Shown here one piece after another: positions 1 to 8,646 of a DNA stretch of 64,000 nucleotides. This stretch comes from a virus. Taxonomy: Duplodnaviria; Caudoviricetes. The stretch's first letter is position 1; every line of letters begins with the position of its first letter. Both the position numbers and the translations under genes were made by a program. The notes below the pieces were generated by a model that made no database searches, was not told the DNA's origin, and was given only the letters and a program-made list of their open reading frames with translations. Location: positions 40,674 through 104,673 of IMG/VR virus record IMGVR_UViG_3300028886_000066. One strand, written 5' to 3'.

Positions 1-657
1 ACTGGAGTAGAACTCGGCGATAGTGTCAAAAGTATTGATAGAGCGGATGAGGCGTCGGAACGTCTCGTCGCTGACTTTCTTTCCCATTGACACGGCATCT
101 TCGGTCTTGGACATTCCCTTTTTCTCGTCCTGATTGAACGCGGCGAAGATTTCCGTAGTGTACGGATATTCATCGTCGGCGACAAGGCAGATGCGCGGAT
201 GAGAGAATGACTTGACTTGCTCTTCGGTGAATCCGTACTTGTTGGGAAATTCTTGCAGGTAGCTAATGTACGCCTTGTCGGTGTCGTAGCGTGCTGCAAT
301 TATTCCCGCCATTGTACGTCCGTTACCAGAGAGGACGATTCCGTCCTTTGAGACGATTGGCGGTATTGTGAGAGCCTGCTCGTCGTAGTTGTCGGCTATT
401 GAGCGCGTGACGGTCTGAGCGAACGTGTCGCGCTCGTAGTCTCGGTCGTTTACTGTCTGCCCGTTGGAATCGGTTGGGAATCCATCGGACTTGCAGAACG
501 AGTCGAACGGATCGTGACTCGGAGTCACTGCGCCCGATTCAGCCAGCAGGTAGCGTCCCTTGACTTTCAGTCCTGACGGCGTAGCGATTTTGTCGGCGTA
601 GCCGTAGAGTTTCCGTGCATCGTCGAAGCGTTTGCGGATGAGTTGTAAGTTTTCCAT
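1..657 (-). CDS. ddrB-like ParB-superfamily domain protein, runs off the window edge
   Basis: Not in ORF track; hand translation from ATG 657 is open to base 1: MENLQLIRKR...TPSHDPF...NDRDY...PPIVSKDGIVLSGNGRTMA; preceded by the array leader. Confidence 0.75.
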   Translation of the reverse strand, partial: MENLQLIRKRFDDARKLYGYADKIATPSGLKVKGRYLLAESGAVTPSHDPFDSFCKSDGFPTDSNGQTVNDRDYERDTFAQTVTRSIADNYDEQALTIPPIVSKDGIVLSGNGRTMAGIIAARYDTDKAYISYLQEFPNKYGFTEEQVKSFSHPRICLVADDEYPYTTEIFAAFNQDEKKGMSKTEDAVSMGKKVSDETFRRLIRSINTFDTIAEFYSS

Positions 658-723
658 AATCTTGAGTTTTAGTGATACATAAATTGTACGCACAGGTTGT
701 TTTCGCAGCCCATGCGCTTTGTG

Positions 724-906
724 TCAGTCTTCAGTGAAGGCATTTGCTTTCTTGAATACTTCGTAGACTCTGTTCTTTGCCTCGGCAATAGCCTCGCAAG
801 CATCTGCATCGGAAACGAGTTTTGTAGCGTCGTTGTAACGCTCCATTTCGTGCAGGAGTGCAGTCACGATGATGTCGATTTCCTGCTTGTTGAATGTCTC
901 TTTCAT
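724..906 (-). CDS. hypothetical protein (60 aa)
   Basis: ORF with a variant array leader. Confidence 0.75.
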   Translation of the reverse strand: MKETFNKQEIDIIVTALLHEMERYNDATKLVSDADACEAIAEAKNRVYEVFKKANAFTED

Positions 907-946
907 AATTCGTACTTAAATTGAGTTAAACTTTAGGTGAATTGTT

Positions 947-976
947 TTTGTAGTTGCAAAAATATTCCTACTTTTG
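947..976 (+). promoter_or_regulatory. Bacteroidetes promoter antisense to the early arm, overlapping a minus-strand -7 element
   Basis: TTTG 947-950, 18-nt spacer, TACTTTTG 969-976; TATTTTTG on the minus strand within the same TTGCAAAA..TTTTGCAA palindrome. Confidence 0.55.
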
Positions 977-1020
977 CAACCGAAAACCATGTGGGAGGTG
1001 TGCAAGACCTCCCTTTGGAC

Positions 1021-1086
1021 TTACCGAAGCGAAACGGCCAACGTAACGCTGACGTGCCAAATTCTAATCGAAATGCTGAATCTCAT
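1021..1086 (-). CDS. 21-aa peptide MRFSISIRIWHVSVTLAVSLR, candidate type I toxin
   Basis: Hand-translated; enclosed by 10-bp inverted repeat (983-992 / 1091-1100) and followed by GGGAGGT/ACCTCCC hairpin. Confidence 0.5.
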   Translation of the reverse strand: MRFSISIRIWHVSVTLAVSLR

Positions 1087-1161
1087 AGAAACATGGTTTT
1101 TTATCCCTACACTTTACTATCTGGCTTTCGGGACTGCCAACCCGCTACACGTAACAGGATT

Positions 1162-1497
1162 TCATTCTGAGCGAACGAGACGTCTGACCTCGTCGTAGAT
1201 TCGCAGCATATTGTCGATGGAGAGGAAGCAAGAACTGCCCCAGTACTCATCGTTGAACTGCGTGACGTAGAACTGGCTACCATTTCGGCTGTCCATGTAG
1301 GCAATACGGTCGGCAAGGATTGTCTCGCTTGTCTCGTTCTTGAAGTTGTGGAGAATCAGCGTATGACGAAACACGACATCCTGCCCGACTTCTGCTCCAA
1401 GCTGTTTCAGCAGCTCGATTGTCGATGTGGTTATTGACTCGCGGCACTCGGCTACGGCGTTGTTCACTCGCTTGTTTGTCTTAGTCTTGATTTTCAT
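1162..1497 (-). CDS. hypothetical protein (111 aa)
   Basis: ORF with array leader. Confidence 0.8.
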   Translation of the reverse strand: MKIKTKTNKRVNNAVAECRESITTSTIELLKQLGAEVGQDVVFRHTLILHNFKNETSETILADRIAYMDSRNGSQFYVTQFNDEYWGSSCFLSIDNMLRIYDEVRRLVRSE

Positions 1498-1564
1498 AAT
1501 TGTTGAGTTTTAATTGGTTAGACATAAATTCGTGAGCCGCCCCGCGATTGGGCGTTTGCGGCTC

Positions 1565-1855
1565 TTAGAGAGACTTGTACTCTTCGTACTTTGTCTTCAT
1601 ACCAACAGGAGCGTAGACGTTCAGGGCGTAGTCTACAAGTGCTTCCTGCAAGTCCAAGTCAAGTTCAACAAAGAAATAGTTCATTACCGCATGACTTCCG
1701 TAATCGTCGTAGATTTGGTTAAACTTCCCTCTTAGATGGTTTTTGAGGTAGTTTTTTCCAGTCTTCTCGCAGATGTAGTTGATAAACTCTTCTGGATTCG
1801 GGTAGTTGTAGCCGAATTTCACAAAGATGTGAACAAGTAGCATTTCTTTTCTCAT
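1565..1855 (-). CDS. hypothetical protein (96 aa)
   Basis: ORF; short leader containing the CGTACT motif. Confidence 0.8.
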   Translation of the reverse strand: MRKEMLLVHIFVKFGYNYPNPEEFINYICEKTGKNYLKNHLRGKFNQIYDDYGSHAVMNYFFVELDLDLQEALVDYALNVYAPVGMKTKYEEYKSL

Positions 1856-1870
1856 AATCGTACTTTTGTT

Positions 1871-2029
1871 TTAGAGTTCAACTTCCTGTTCGATGTCCAT
1901 AAGATAGCCCTCTTTTCCGCAATTCGGGAAAGCACAAGTGCCGTAATCGACGTACATTTCCGTCATGCAGCTGTTGCAGATGACGTGGTCTGGGCAGAAG
2001 TAGTTCACGTTGGAAAAATCTTTAATCAT
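1871..2029 (-). CDS. small Cys-rich, Zn-ribbon-like protein (52 aa)
   Basis: Below ORF-track cutoff; MIKDFSNVNYFCPDHVICNSCMTEMYVDYGTCAFPNCGKEGYLMDIEQEVEL; array leader. Confidence 0.7.
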   Translation of the reverse strand: MIKDFSNVNYFCPDHVICNSCMTEMYVDYGTCAFPNCGKEGYLMDIEQEVEL

Positions 2030-2104
2030 AATTGTTTGAGTTTTAAATTGTTAGACATAAAATTCGTACTCGGCAGGCAACTTTCGTGTCTGCCAAGCAG
2101 GGAG

Positions 2105-2353
2105 TTACGCTTCGATTTCGTCAAGCGTCAGTTCGATGGAATACTTTTCGAGCGCTTCAAACATCCATTTCTTACGGCGGTACTGTAACTCTGCCCAAGA
2201 CTCGCGGTAGTCTTCATCTTTGTCGAGACGGTTGGCTTCGCGACGAGCAATCAGATACTCGTTGATGTCGTTCAGGACTTCAGCCGTTTCCTCGAAGTCG
2301 AAGTCACGGCACATCATCTCGTTCAGGAGTTCGATAAGTGTCTGTTGTTTCAT
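2105..2353 (-). CDS. hypothetical protein (82 aa)
   Basis: ORF; ATGA overlap with the upstream gene. Confidence 0.75.
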   Translation of the reverse strand: MKQQTLIELLNEMMCRDFDFEETAEVLNDINEYLIARREANRLDKDEDYRESWAELQYRRKKWMFEALEKYSIELTLDEIEA

Positions 2354-2631
2354 TCTTCCTCAAAGTTTAGGTAGAGATTCTGTCTTGCCATGTCGCAGTA
2401 ATCAATGGAGCCAATCGGCTCGCACAATTCCCAATCCATTTCCTCGTCGGTATGAAATTCTGGATTGCGACCTGAATAGATGCAGTTCACGTTTGAGCAG
2501 TTGAAAGCGGAAAGTGAGCCGTCGCTGGTGTCGTAGACAAATTCGATGCCCTTGTTTCTGGCTTCGCAGAGGACTGCGTTAAGTTTCTTCAAAACTTCGA
2601 GATGTTCGGTAGTTAATGCTTTTTGTTTCAT
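2350..2631 (-). CDS. hypothetical protein (93 aa)
   Basis: ORF; start placed at the leader-defined ATG. Confidence 0.8.
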   Translation of the reverse strand: MKQKALTTEHLEVLKKLNAVLCEARNKGIEFVYDTSDGSLSAFNCSNVNCIYSGRNPEFHTDEEMDWELCEPIGSIDYCDMARQNLYLNFEEE

Positions 2632-2786
2632 AATCATTTGAGTTTTTAAGGGTTAGACAATAAAAAGTGACGGCAATGAGTTTTTCGCTCAAAGCCGACT
2701 GCAAGTTTAGCATCACAAAGTCCACACCTGAAATGAGGTGGATAGCGTGGGAGCTGGCAAAGCTGATTGCCTGCGCCCTGAAGAGT

Positions 2787-3017
2787 TTAGATGTTTGCTG
2801 TGCAGAAGAAATCGTCGTTCACAAAACAAACGCCCTCGTAGTTCCTGAAAATCACGCAGTCAGGAACAATTTCGTCGGCGTTTGCTAAATCGAAATAGGA
2901 CGGCTCGTTGTAGTCCACGTCTAAGACTTCTGCAAACGTTCCCTCATCGGCGAGCTGTTCGAGATAGTTACATTTCAGCTCAGTCAGTTGTTCTCTTGTT
3001 AATTCTGTTACGTCCAT
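2787..3017 (-). CDS. acidic hypothetical protein (76 aa)
   Basis: ORF; about 18 D/E vs 3 K/R by hand count. Confidence 0.8.
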   Translation of the reverse strand: MDVTELTREQLTELKCNYLEQLADEGTFAEVLDVDYNEPSYFDLANADEIVPDCVIFRNYEGVCFVNDDFFCTANI

Positions 3018-3020
3018 AAT

Positions 3021-3227
3021 TCATTTCAGATTAAGTTCACATTTGATTCCTAATTTCATACAGAGAAGTTCGTACTCGGCAAAGTACTTGTGGTCACGCA
3101 GGATTCCCTCTTCGATTTCATGTCTGAGAGTTTTTTCTGCCCGTTTGATTGCATCGACGTTGTGGTTGTTCTGCCAGAAGTCCCACAGATATTCGCCGAT
3201 TGCGATTCTGATTTTGTCTAAGGTCAT
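3021..3227 (-). CDS. hypothetical protein (68 aa)
   Basis: Start reset to leader-defined ATG 3227 (MTLDKIR). Confidence 0.75.
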   Translation of the reverse strand: MTLDKIRIAIGEYLWDFWQNNHNVDAIKRAEKTLRHEIEEGILRDHKYFAEYELLCMKLGIKCELNLK

Positions 3228-3278
3228 AATCGTTTGAGTTTTAAGGTGAAACAATAAGTGCAATCGGTAACGTTTCCG

Positions 3279-3503
3279 CTACCGAAAGCGTTTAGAACTG
3301 GACTTGCGACACGAACCATTCTTCGCGGAATCCGTACTTTGCGGCGACTTGATTCCCTGTGCGTTGAACATTGCGAATGTCTCGGCGGTGTAGTCGTAGT
3401 CATCATCACAGAGGAAGACGAGGCGGGAATGTGAAAAACCATCGAAATCGATGGGTTTAAAGCCGTACTTCTTGCAGGTTTTCAAGAGCTGCTTCGAGTA
3501 TTT
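3279..3503 (-). pseudogene. internal fragment of a ddrB-ParB-like paralog
   Basis: KYGFKPIDFDGFSHSRLVFLCDDDYDYTAETFAMFN aligns with KYGFTEEQVKSFSHPRICLVADDEYPYTTEIFAAFN of the 1-657 protein; the leader ATG at 3528 reads ATG AAA TAG. Confidence 0.65.
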
Positions 3504-3540
3504 TTAGGCAGTTCAACTACTATTTCATAGTCTCTGAGTT

Positions 3541-3774
3541 TTAATTGTTGATTAAATTCTTGATTTCTTCTTGTGTTTCGGTGACGCGGATTTCCTTATA
3601 TTGGACTCCGTTGGTGTATTCGACTAAGGCGTAGGGATAGCCCCAATACTTCGCTTCGGATTCGTTTACATTCTCGAAACGGACGATGCAATCAGAGTTG
3701 AATGTCACCTTTGCGGTTTTCATCTCCTCTGTTGCGCCACTTGTAATAACTGTAAGGTCGATAAATTTTGCCAT
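3541..3774 (-). CDS. hypothetical protein (77 aa)
   Basis: ORF with degenerate leader. Confidence 0.75.
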   Translation of the reverse strand: MAKFIDLTVITSGATEEMKTAKVTFNSDCIVRFENVNESEAKYWGYPYALVEYTNGVQYKEIRVTETQEEIKNLINN

Positions 3775-3786
3775 AATCTTTGCGTT

Positions 3787-4017
3787 TTAATATTCAACTT
3801 TGATTCCACAACTTTTGATGATATTCTCCTGTGCTTTGTGTACGAAAGCAGGAGCGAAATAGCCATCAGTCCACATTATCAGTTCTCCGTGCATACCACG
3901 CTGATAACCGATGTAATGTGTTTCAATAGCACCCGTGCTAAGCCCATGACTTTTTAGCACGTCAATAACTTTCTGTACGCACCCAGGGCGCGTTTCGAGA
4001 TAATACAATTTGTTCAT
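3787..4017 (-). CDS. hypothetical protein (76 aa)
   Basis: Start reset to ATG 4017 (MNKLYYL). Confidence 0.7.
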   Translation of the reverse strand: MNKLYYLETRPGCVQKVIDVLKSHGLSTGAIETHYIGYQRGMHGELIMWTDGYFAPAFVHKAQENIIKSCGIKVEY

Positions 4018-4072
4018 AATCTTAATGTTTTGAAATGTATAGTAAGCCACGCCGAAACTAATCCGTGTGACT

Positions 4073-4216
4073 TTAGTGGGGTAAAGTAACGTAAAGTGGC
4101 CAGACAATCAGATTACGCTCGTTCTTTACGTCTTTAACGTAATACGTTCCGTTGTAGCAGTGTTCGCAAGTCGAAATTCGTCTTGCAATACAATCTTTGC
4201 AGCATTTGTACTTCAT
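4073..4216 (-). CDS. small Cys-rich protein (47 aa)
   Basis: MKYKCCKDC...CEHC; ATGA overlap with 4213-4458. Confidence 0.55.
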   Translation of the reverse strand: MKYKCCKDCIARRISTCEHCYNGTYYVKDVKNERNLIVWPLYVTLPH

Positions 4217-4458
4217 AGTGCAGAAAATTCCGTTGAAACATCTTTCCAGTCCGTAAACACCTTTGACACTTTGTCCCAATACTCTGTGCCGTTGTGTTTC
4301 CCCAGAGAAACCTCAATCGTGAAGAGGTGCATCGTCTTGAAATTTCCGTCATCGTAGATACGATAGGATTTTCCGTCCTTACCAGTCTTTCGCTCAATCT
4401 CTCTCGGAGCAAGCAGATAAGCCATTCTCTCAGCTTCGTTCTTGAAATTCTTTTTCAT
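4213..4458 (-). CDS. hypothetical protein (81 aa)
   Basis: ORF with array leader. Confidence 0.8.
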   Translation of the reverse strand: MKKNFKNEAERMAYLLAPREIERKTGKDGKSYRIYDDGNFKTMHLFTIEVSLGKHNGTEYWDKVSKVFTDWKDVSTEFSAL

Positions 4459-4524
4459 AATCTTTTGAGTTTAGTGAAACAATAAATTTGTACCTTTGCG
4501 GAAAACCGATTCCGCAAAAGTAGT

Positions 4525-4683
4525 TCAGGAGATTCTTTCGAGACGTTTGTTTGCGCCTATCCAGTGATGCAGGACGGATGACGGCGATAAGTCTGCACTG
4601 TCGAACTCGTAGGTTTTCACTTCGTCGGTGTGGTCGTGGTTTTTCGCGGACATGGGATTGTAGGTGAGTCTGTATTTGGACAT
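4525..4683 (-). CDS. hypothetical protein (52 aa)
   Basis: Hand-translated MSKYRLTYNP...KRLERIS; fills the gap between neighbouring genes. Confidence 0.6.
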   Translation of the reverse strand: MSKYRLTYNPMSAKNHDHTDEVKTYEFDSADLSPSSVLHHWIGANKRLERIS

Positions 4684-4687
4684 GGCC

Positions 4688-4900
4688 TTAGATATTTACG
4701 AAGTAGAGCCACGAATTAATCAGCGAAATCTCGTCATCGTTGACTTTTTCAGAAAGTTCATCCAGAGTGAGGATGTCTGCCTCGTCATATCCGAAATTGG
4801 ATGCAATGTTAGCGAGGTCGTACTTCTCTCTGTCGCTCATCTTTACCAACTCGTCACGATTGTAAGAGTCGGCGGAAAATAATAATGCGTAAGTTTTCAT
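4688..4900 (-). CDS. hypothetical protein (70 aa)
   Basis: ORF with array leader. Confidence 0.8.
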   Translation of the reverse strand: MKTYALLFSADSYNRDELVKMSDREKYDLANIASNFGYDEADILTLDELSEKVNDDEISLINSWLYFVNI

Positions 4901-4970
4901 AATTCTTTGAGTTTAATAAGTGAAACATAAATTTGTAGAGTAGGGGAAACTAATCCCCAGACTCCGACGG

Positions 4971-5240
4971 CTACATCTTTTCGGGATTCCAGATGTCATC
5001 CTTTGTAGCCCATTTCTCAATCTTCTCGCCACAAACCATTGCGTGAACAAGGAAAAGAAGATTGCGCGTACTTGTAGAACTGCATTTCATCATGCAGAGT
5101 CCGACACCTCGTCTCAGGAAATACCAGAAATCAGGCTCATTTTCAGTTCCGCAATTATTGACGGTTGCGGTAATGAACACGTTTTTCTTTGCAGCGCACT
5201 TGATAGCGTTTGAAACCAAATTGTCAATACAATACTTCAT
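4971..5240 (-). CDS. hypothetical protein (89 aa)
   Basis: ORF with array leader. Confidence 0.75.
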   Translation of the reverse strand: MKYCIDNLVSNAIKCAAKKNVFITATVNNCGTENEPDFWYFLRRGVGLCMMKCSSTSTRNLLFLVHAMVCGEKIEKWATKDDIWNPEKM

Positions 5241-5297
5241 AATCTTTAGAGTTTAGTGAAACATTTGCGATGTTTGGGACATTTCTGCCCCAAACTT

Positions 5298-5531
5298 CTA
5301 CGCAGCAATCTTTTCGCGCACCTTAGCGACTTTCTCAGGTGTATCGAACCAGCACCGACCGTCAATGCAGTAATACTGCAAATCATCTTGTGGAACGTGA
5401 TAGACTTCAATCACTTTCTCGTCAGTTACTTTCTCGGCAAACTGCTTAACTTCTTCTTCTGTCAAATCGTAGGTGTAAACAAGGCAGTTGTCGCCATTCT
5501 CGAAATTCACGAATAAATTCTTTACTTCCAT
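5298..5531 (-). CDS. hypothetical protein (77 aa)
   Basis: Start reset to leader-defined ATG 5531 (MEVKNLF). Confidence 0.8.
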   Translation of the reverse strand: MEVKNLFVNFENGDNCLVYTYDLTEEEVKQFAEKVTDEKVIEVYHVPQDDLQYYCIDGRCWFDTPEKVAKVREKIAA

Positions 5532-5598
5532 AATCTTTGAGTTTTTAAGTGAGACATAAAATTCGTACTTCGCAGGACATTCCAGCCCTGCAAAGCGG

Positions 5599-5937
5599 TT
5601 AGATACAAAAGTCCGATTCATACCCGCCTTTGTTGTCAGGCCACATCGGATAATTTGTAAGGATGAATCCAAGATGATAGAACGGGAACTTGAACTTTGC
5701 CACATTTGAGCCATCATCAAGCAATCCCAAAAGCGGCTTGACCATTTCCGTAGCCTTTTCGTCAATGTACTTTTCAGAATACCACCATGCCAGAGGCTCG
5801 TTTGCAAACATTGCACGCATTATATTCTTGATTGATTCTTTTATCTCATCAAGATTGTCACTGCTGGAAATGTTCAGAGAATGAGACTCTTGCGTGTGAC
5901 AAGTGGTCAGGTACAGATAAAATGCTTTCTTTTCCAT
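5599..5937 (-). CDS. hypothetical protein (112 aa)
   Basis: ORF with array leader. Confidence 0.8.
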   Translation of the reverse strand: MEKKAFYLYLTTCHTQESHSLNISSSDNLDEIKESIKNIMRAMFANEPLAWWYSEKYIDEKATEMVKPLLGLLDDGSNVAKFKFPFYHLGFILTNYPMWPDNKGGYESDFCI

Positions 5938-6003
5938 AATTTTTGAGTTTTAAAGTGAATACTAATTTTGTACTTCGCAGGAAAATTGATTCCTGCAAAG
6001 TGT

Positions 6004-6204
6004 TTACTTTCCGTAATTTGGATTCGGCACTCGCGTTTCAGTTATCCGCACTCTTGCACCTGCCTCACGATAGCCAGCAACGTCACGGCGAACGTCGGAA
6101 TACTTTTCTTCTGGCTTAAAGTAAGAACATTCGATTTCCCATCCGTAGCCGTAGTTTGTCCAGATATTCCATCCGTACAGATACTTGTTTTCTTTCTTTT
6201 TCAT
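6004..6204 (-). CDS. hypothetical protein (66 aa, NYGYGWE motif)
   Basis: ORF with array leader. Confidence 0.8.
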   Translation of the reverse strand: MKKKENKYLYGWNIWTNYGYGWEIECSYFKPEEKYSDVRRDVAGYREAGARVRITETRVPNPNYGK

Positions 6205-6268
6205 AATTCATAAAGTTTTAAAAGTGAAACATAAGCGACTCAGGGAAGAATTAACCTCCCCGAATCTT

Positions 6269-6670
6269 TCAATGAAGAGTCAAGCCTAAAAGTTCGTATG
6301 TCGTCATACCCATTTCGCGGATAGGCTCTGCGAGAATGGCATGATTCAGATGAGGACATTTTGTTGAGCCGATTTTTTCATCCTCTGCAATGAACTTTCC
6401 GACTTTGAGAAGAACCCATCTCTGATTTGTTTCGGGATAGACTCTTTTCATCGTGCAGAGCAATTCCGTAACGTCAACATAAACATCGAATTTAGAATAC
6501 TCGTAAGCCAGATAAGTCTCACGGTCAACTTGTTTGCCGATTTCTTTTTCGTACTCGTCAAAAAGAGCTTGATGTTTCTTCCAGCTGATTTTCCCGTTTT
6601 TGTCAAGAATACTTTTGCTGAAAATCTCGCCTTCCAGACTCTTGATTGTTGAATAATCATACTTTGCCAT
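6269..6670 (-). CDS. hypothetical protein (133 aa)
   Basis: ORF with array leader. Confidence 0.8.
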   Translation of the reverse strand: MAKYDYSTIKSLEGEIFSKSILDKNGKISWKKHQALFDEYEKEIGKQVDRETYLAYEYSKFDVYVDVTELLCTMKRVYPETNQRWVLLKVGKFIAEDEKIGSTKCPHLNHAILAEPIREMGMTTYELLGLTLH

Positions 6671-6732
6671 AATTCAATGAGTTTTAAGTGAAACAATAGA
6701 ATCAGTGGGCTAAACTGATAGCCCAGAGATTT

Positions 6733-6993
6733 TTAGAACCATCCAAGAAATCCCAAATAACGTGTGGACTTCCTTTTCTGACTTGCGTTTACTTTCGGGT
6801 TGATTGCGCCGTGAGTGTAGCCGTAAGTTTCTTTGCGGTAGATTGCATCCATTACAGCATAGACTTCTTTGTAGTCTTCAACTTTGCTTAGGTCGATTGC
6901 GTTACGCTTGAATAATTTGTTCAGATTGCACTCAACCGTTTCCCAAGAGACAAACTGCTCTTTGCACATCTCCAAAAATTTCTCTTTTTCCAT
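6733..6993 (-). CDS. hypothetical protein (86 aa)
   Basis: ORF with array leader. Confidence 0.8.
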   Translation of the reverse strand: MEKEKFLEMCKEQFVSWETVECNLNKLFKRNAIDLSKVEDYKEVYAVMDAIYRKETYGYTHGAINPKVNASQKRKSTRYLGFLGWF

Positions 6994-7060
6994 AATTCAA
7001 TGAGTTTAGATTGTTAGACAAATTTTGAACAATCGGGCAAAACTAATCGCCCGAAAGTTT

Positions 7061-7402
7061 TCAGCCGAAACGGTTCAGGTCGTAGGAAACAGAAACGAGA
7101 CATTTGTTCAAATCTGTTACTACTTCCTCGAACTCGAATGTCTTCTTGACAAATTGCTGGTCGTACTTCATGATGATTTCCTTTGCAAGCGCAAAACTCT
7201 CTCTCTCGATATTCCCGTCTCTATGTCCAGAGTAAAGAGTGAATTTCTCATGCCAGATGTCTCCGTTGTTTGAAAGGAAAGTTTTCTCATCCCTTTCTGC
7301 AATACAAATCACACCATAGAAACCGTGAAAGAAGAAATAGTTCTTTCCAGTGAAGAGAATGTTGACTTCTCCACCAAATAATTCTGATTTAAAAAATTCC
7401 AT
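7061..7402 (-). CDS. hypothetical protein (113 aa)
   Basis: ORF with array leader. Confidence 0.8.
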   Translation of the reverse strand: MEFFKSELFGGEVNILFTGKNYFFFHGFYGVICIAERDEKTFLSNNGDIWHEKFTLYSGHRDGNIERESFALAKEIIMKYDQQFVKKTFEFEEVVTDLNKCLVSVSYDLNRFG

Positions 7403-7475
7403 AATTCATAAAGTTTTAAAGATTAAACATAAATTAGCCACCAGAGCGAAAATTAATCCGCTCCGATGAAAAGAT

Positions 7476-7775
7476 TCAGATGATTTCTTTCTTTATCATT
7501 TCAGCCAAAGCCAAAAGCGTAAAGCCAGCGTTTCCGTCGTAGGCCAAATCCTTGCGGCAGACGACATTGTGATAGAAAGCGTTTTCGAAAACATCTTCAT
7601 TGCAACTCAGGCTTGCGCCGACGGCGGTACGGTACGGGTCAATCATGTAAGCGATGAGGTTTGCGCGTTTTCCTAAGATTCGGATGACTTCCTGTGTACG
7701 ATTGCGGACGATTTCGATTGCATCATCAATCTGCTTGTCGGTGTAAAGGCGACGCTTTTCGATTTTCTTTTTCAT
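7476..7775 (-). CDS. hypothetical protein (99 aa)
   Basis: Start reset to leader-defined ATG 7775 (MKKKIEK). Confidence 0.8.
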   Translation of the reverse strand: MKKKIEKRRLYTDKQIDDAIEIVRNRTQEVIRILGKRANLIAYMIDPYRTAVGASLSCNEDVFENAFYHNVVCRKDLAYDGNAGFTLLALAEMIKKEII

Positions 7776-7853
7776 AATTCTGTGAGTTTTTAAAGTGAAA
7801 CATAAATCGTAGGCACGCCAACTTCTCAGCCAGCGCACCCGAAACATTATCCA

Positions 7854-8057
7854 TTATGAAACTACAATTCCAAACATTTCAATTCTCCGATTGATTTCCG
7901 CTTTTGCTTCTTTCAGAGTATCAGTAATCATCGGAATCATATAACCACAGGAATAGATTTCGTACTGCTTTGCAGGAATCCATTTCGTACCGTCAAATTC
8001 AACTACTCTTTTTCGCTGAATTTCATAACCTTTGTAGGTGTAAGTCTTTGTAATCAT
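7854..8057 (-). CDS. hypothetical protein (67 aa)
   Basis: ORF with array leader. Confidence 0.8.
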   Translation of the reverse strand: MITKTYTYKGYEIQRKRVVEFDGTKWIPAKQYEIYSCGYMIPMITDTLKEAKAEINRRIEMFGIVVS

Positions 8058-8125
8058 AATCTTTTGAGTTTTAAGTGAATAATTCGCTCCCCGAAAATAT
8101 TTCTCGTACTTTCGGGAAAATTGTG

Positions 8126-8575
8126 TTACGCAGCTTCTTTTTCCTGTTCGCGCTCGTATTCAAGTTCGGAAATCCACTCGCCGAAATTGTAAGTGAGTCC
8201 CCAAGTTCCGAAAGCACGGAAAAACCAATCAAACGCCCACGTCTGGAACTTCTTCAAATCTTCGTCGGAAATAGTTTCGTCGTCAATGCTTTTTATCACA
8301 TCGTCAAACGTTCCCCACGGCTGAATCTCAGAACCGATAAACTCAGGACAATATTCCCAGTCTTCACGAATATTGCAGAAATTCCCGCACATCTTCGTAT
8401 CTTTTCTGTGAACGTACTTTTTCATCGACTCCAAAGTTTCAAACGCGGAGTTGGCAGCGTAATCTTCGGTTTCGGATTCCCAAGAACCGTAATCCATTCC
8501 GTAATTTTCGATTGTCTCCTTGAAGAGATTCAGGAACGTTTCGTAAACGTCATCGTAATTCAAAAAATCTTTCAT
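8126..8575 (-). CDS. highly acidic, aromatic-rich hypothetical protein (149 aa)
   Basis: ORF with array leader; about 35 D/E vs 14 K/R by hand count. Confidence 0.85.
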   Translation of the reverse strand: MKDFLNYDDVYETFLNLFKETIENYGMDYGSWESETEDYAANSAFETLESMKKYVHRKDTKMCGNFCNIREDWEYCPEFIGSEIQPWGTFDDVIKSIDDETISDEDLKKFQTWAFDWFFRAFGTWGLTYNFGEWISELEYEREQEKEAA

Positions 8576-8646
8576 AATGGTTGAGTTTTTAAAAGTGAAT
8601 AAATAATTATCGTACTTTGGCGCAGGACTGACCGCGCCAAAATAAA

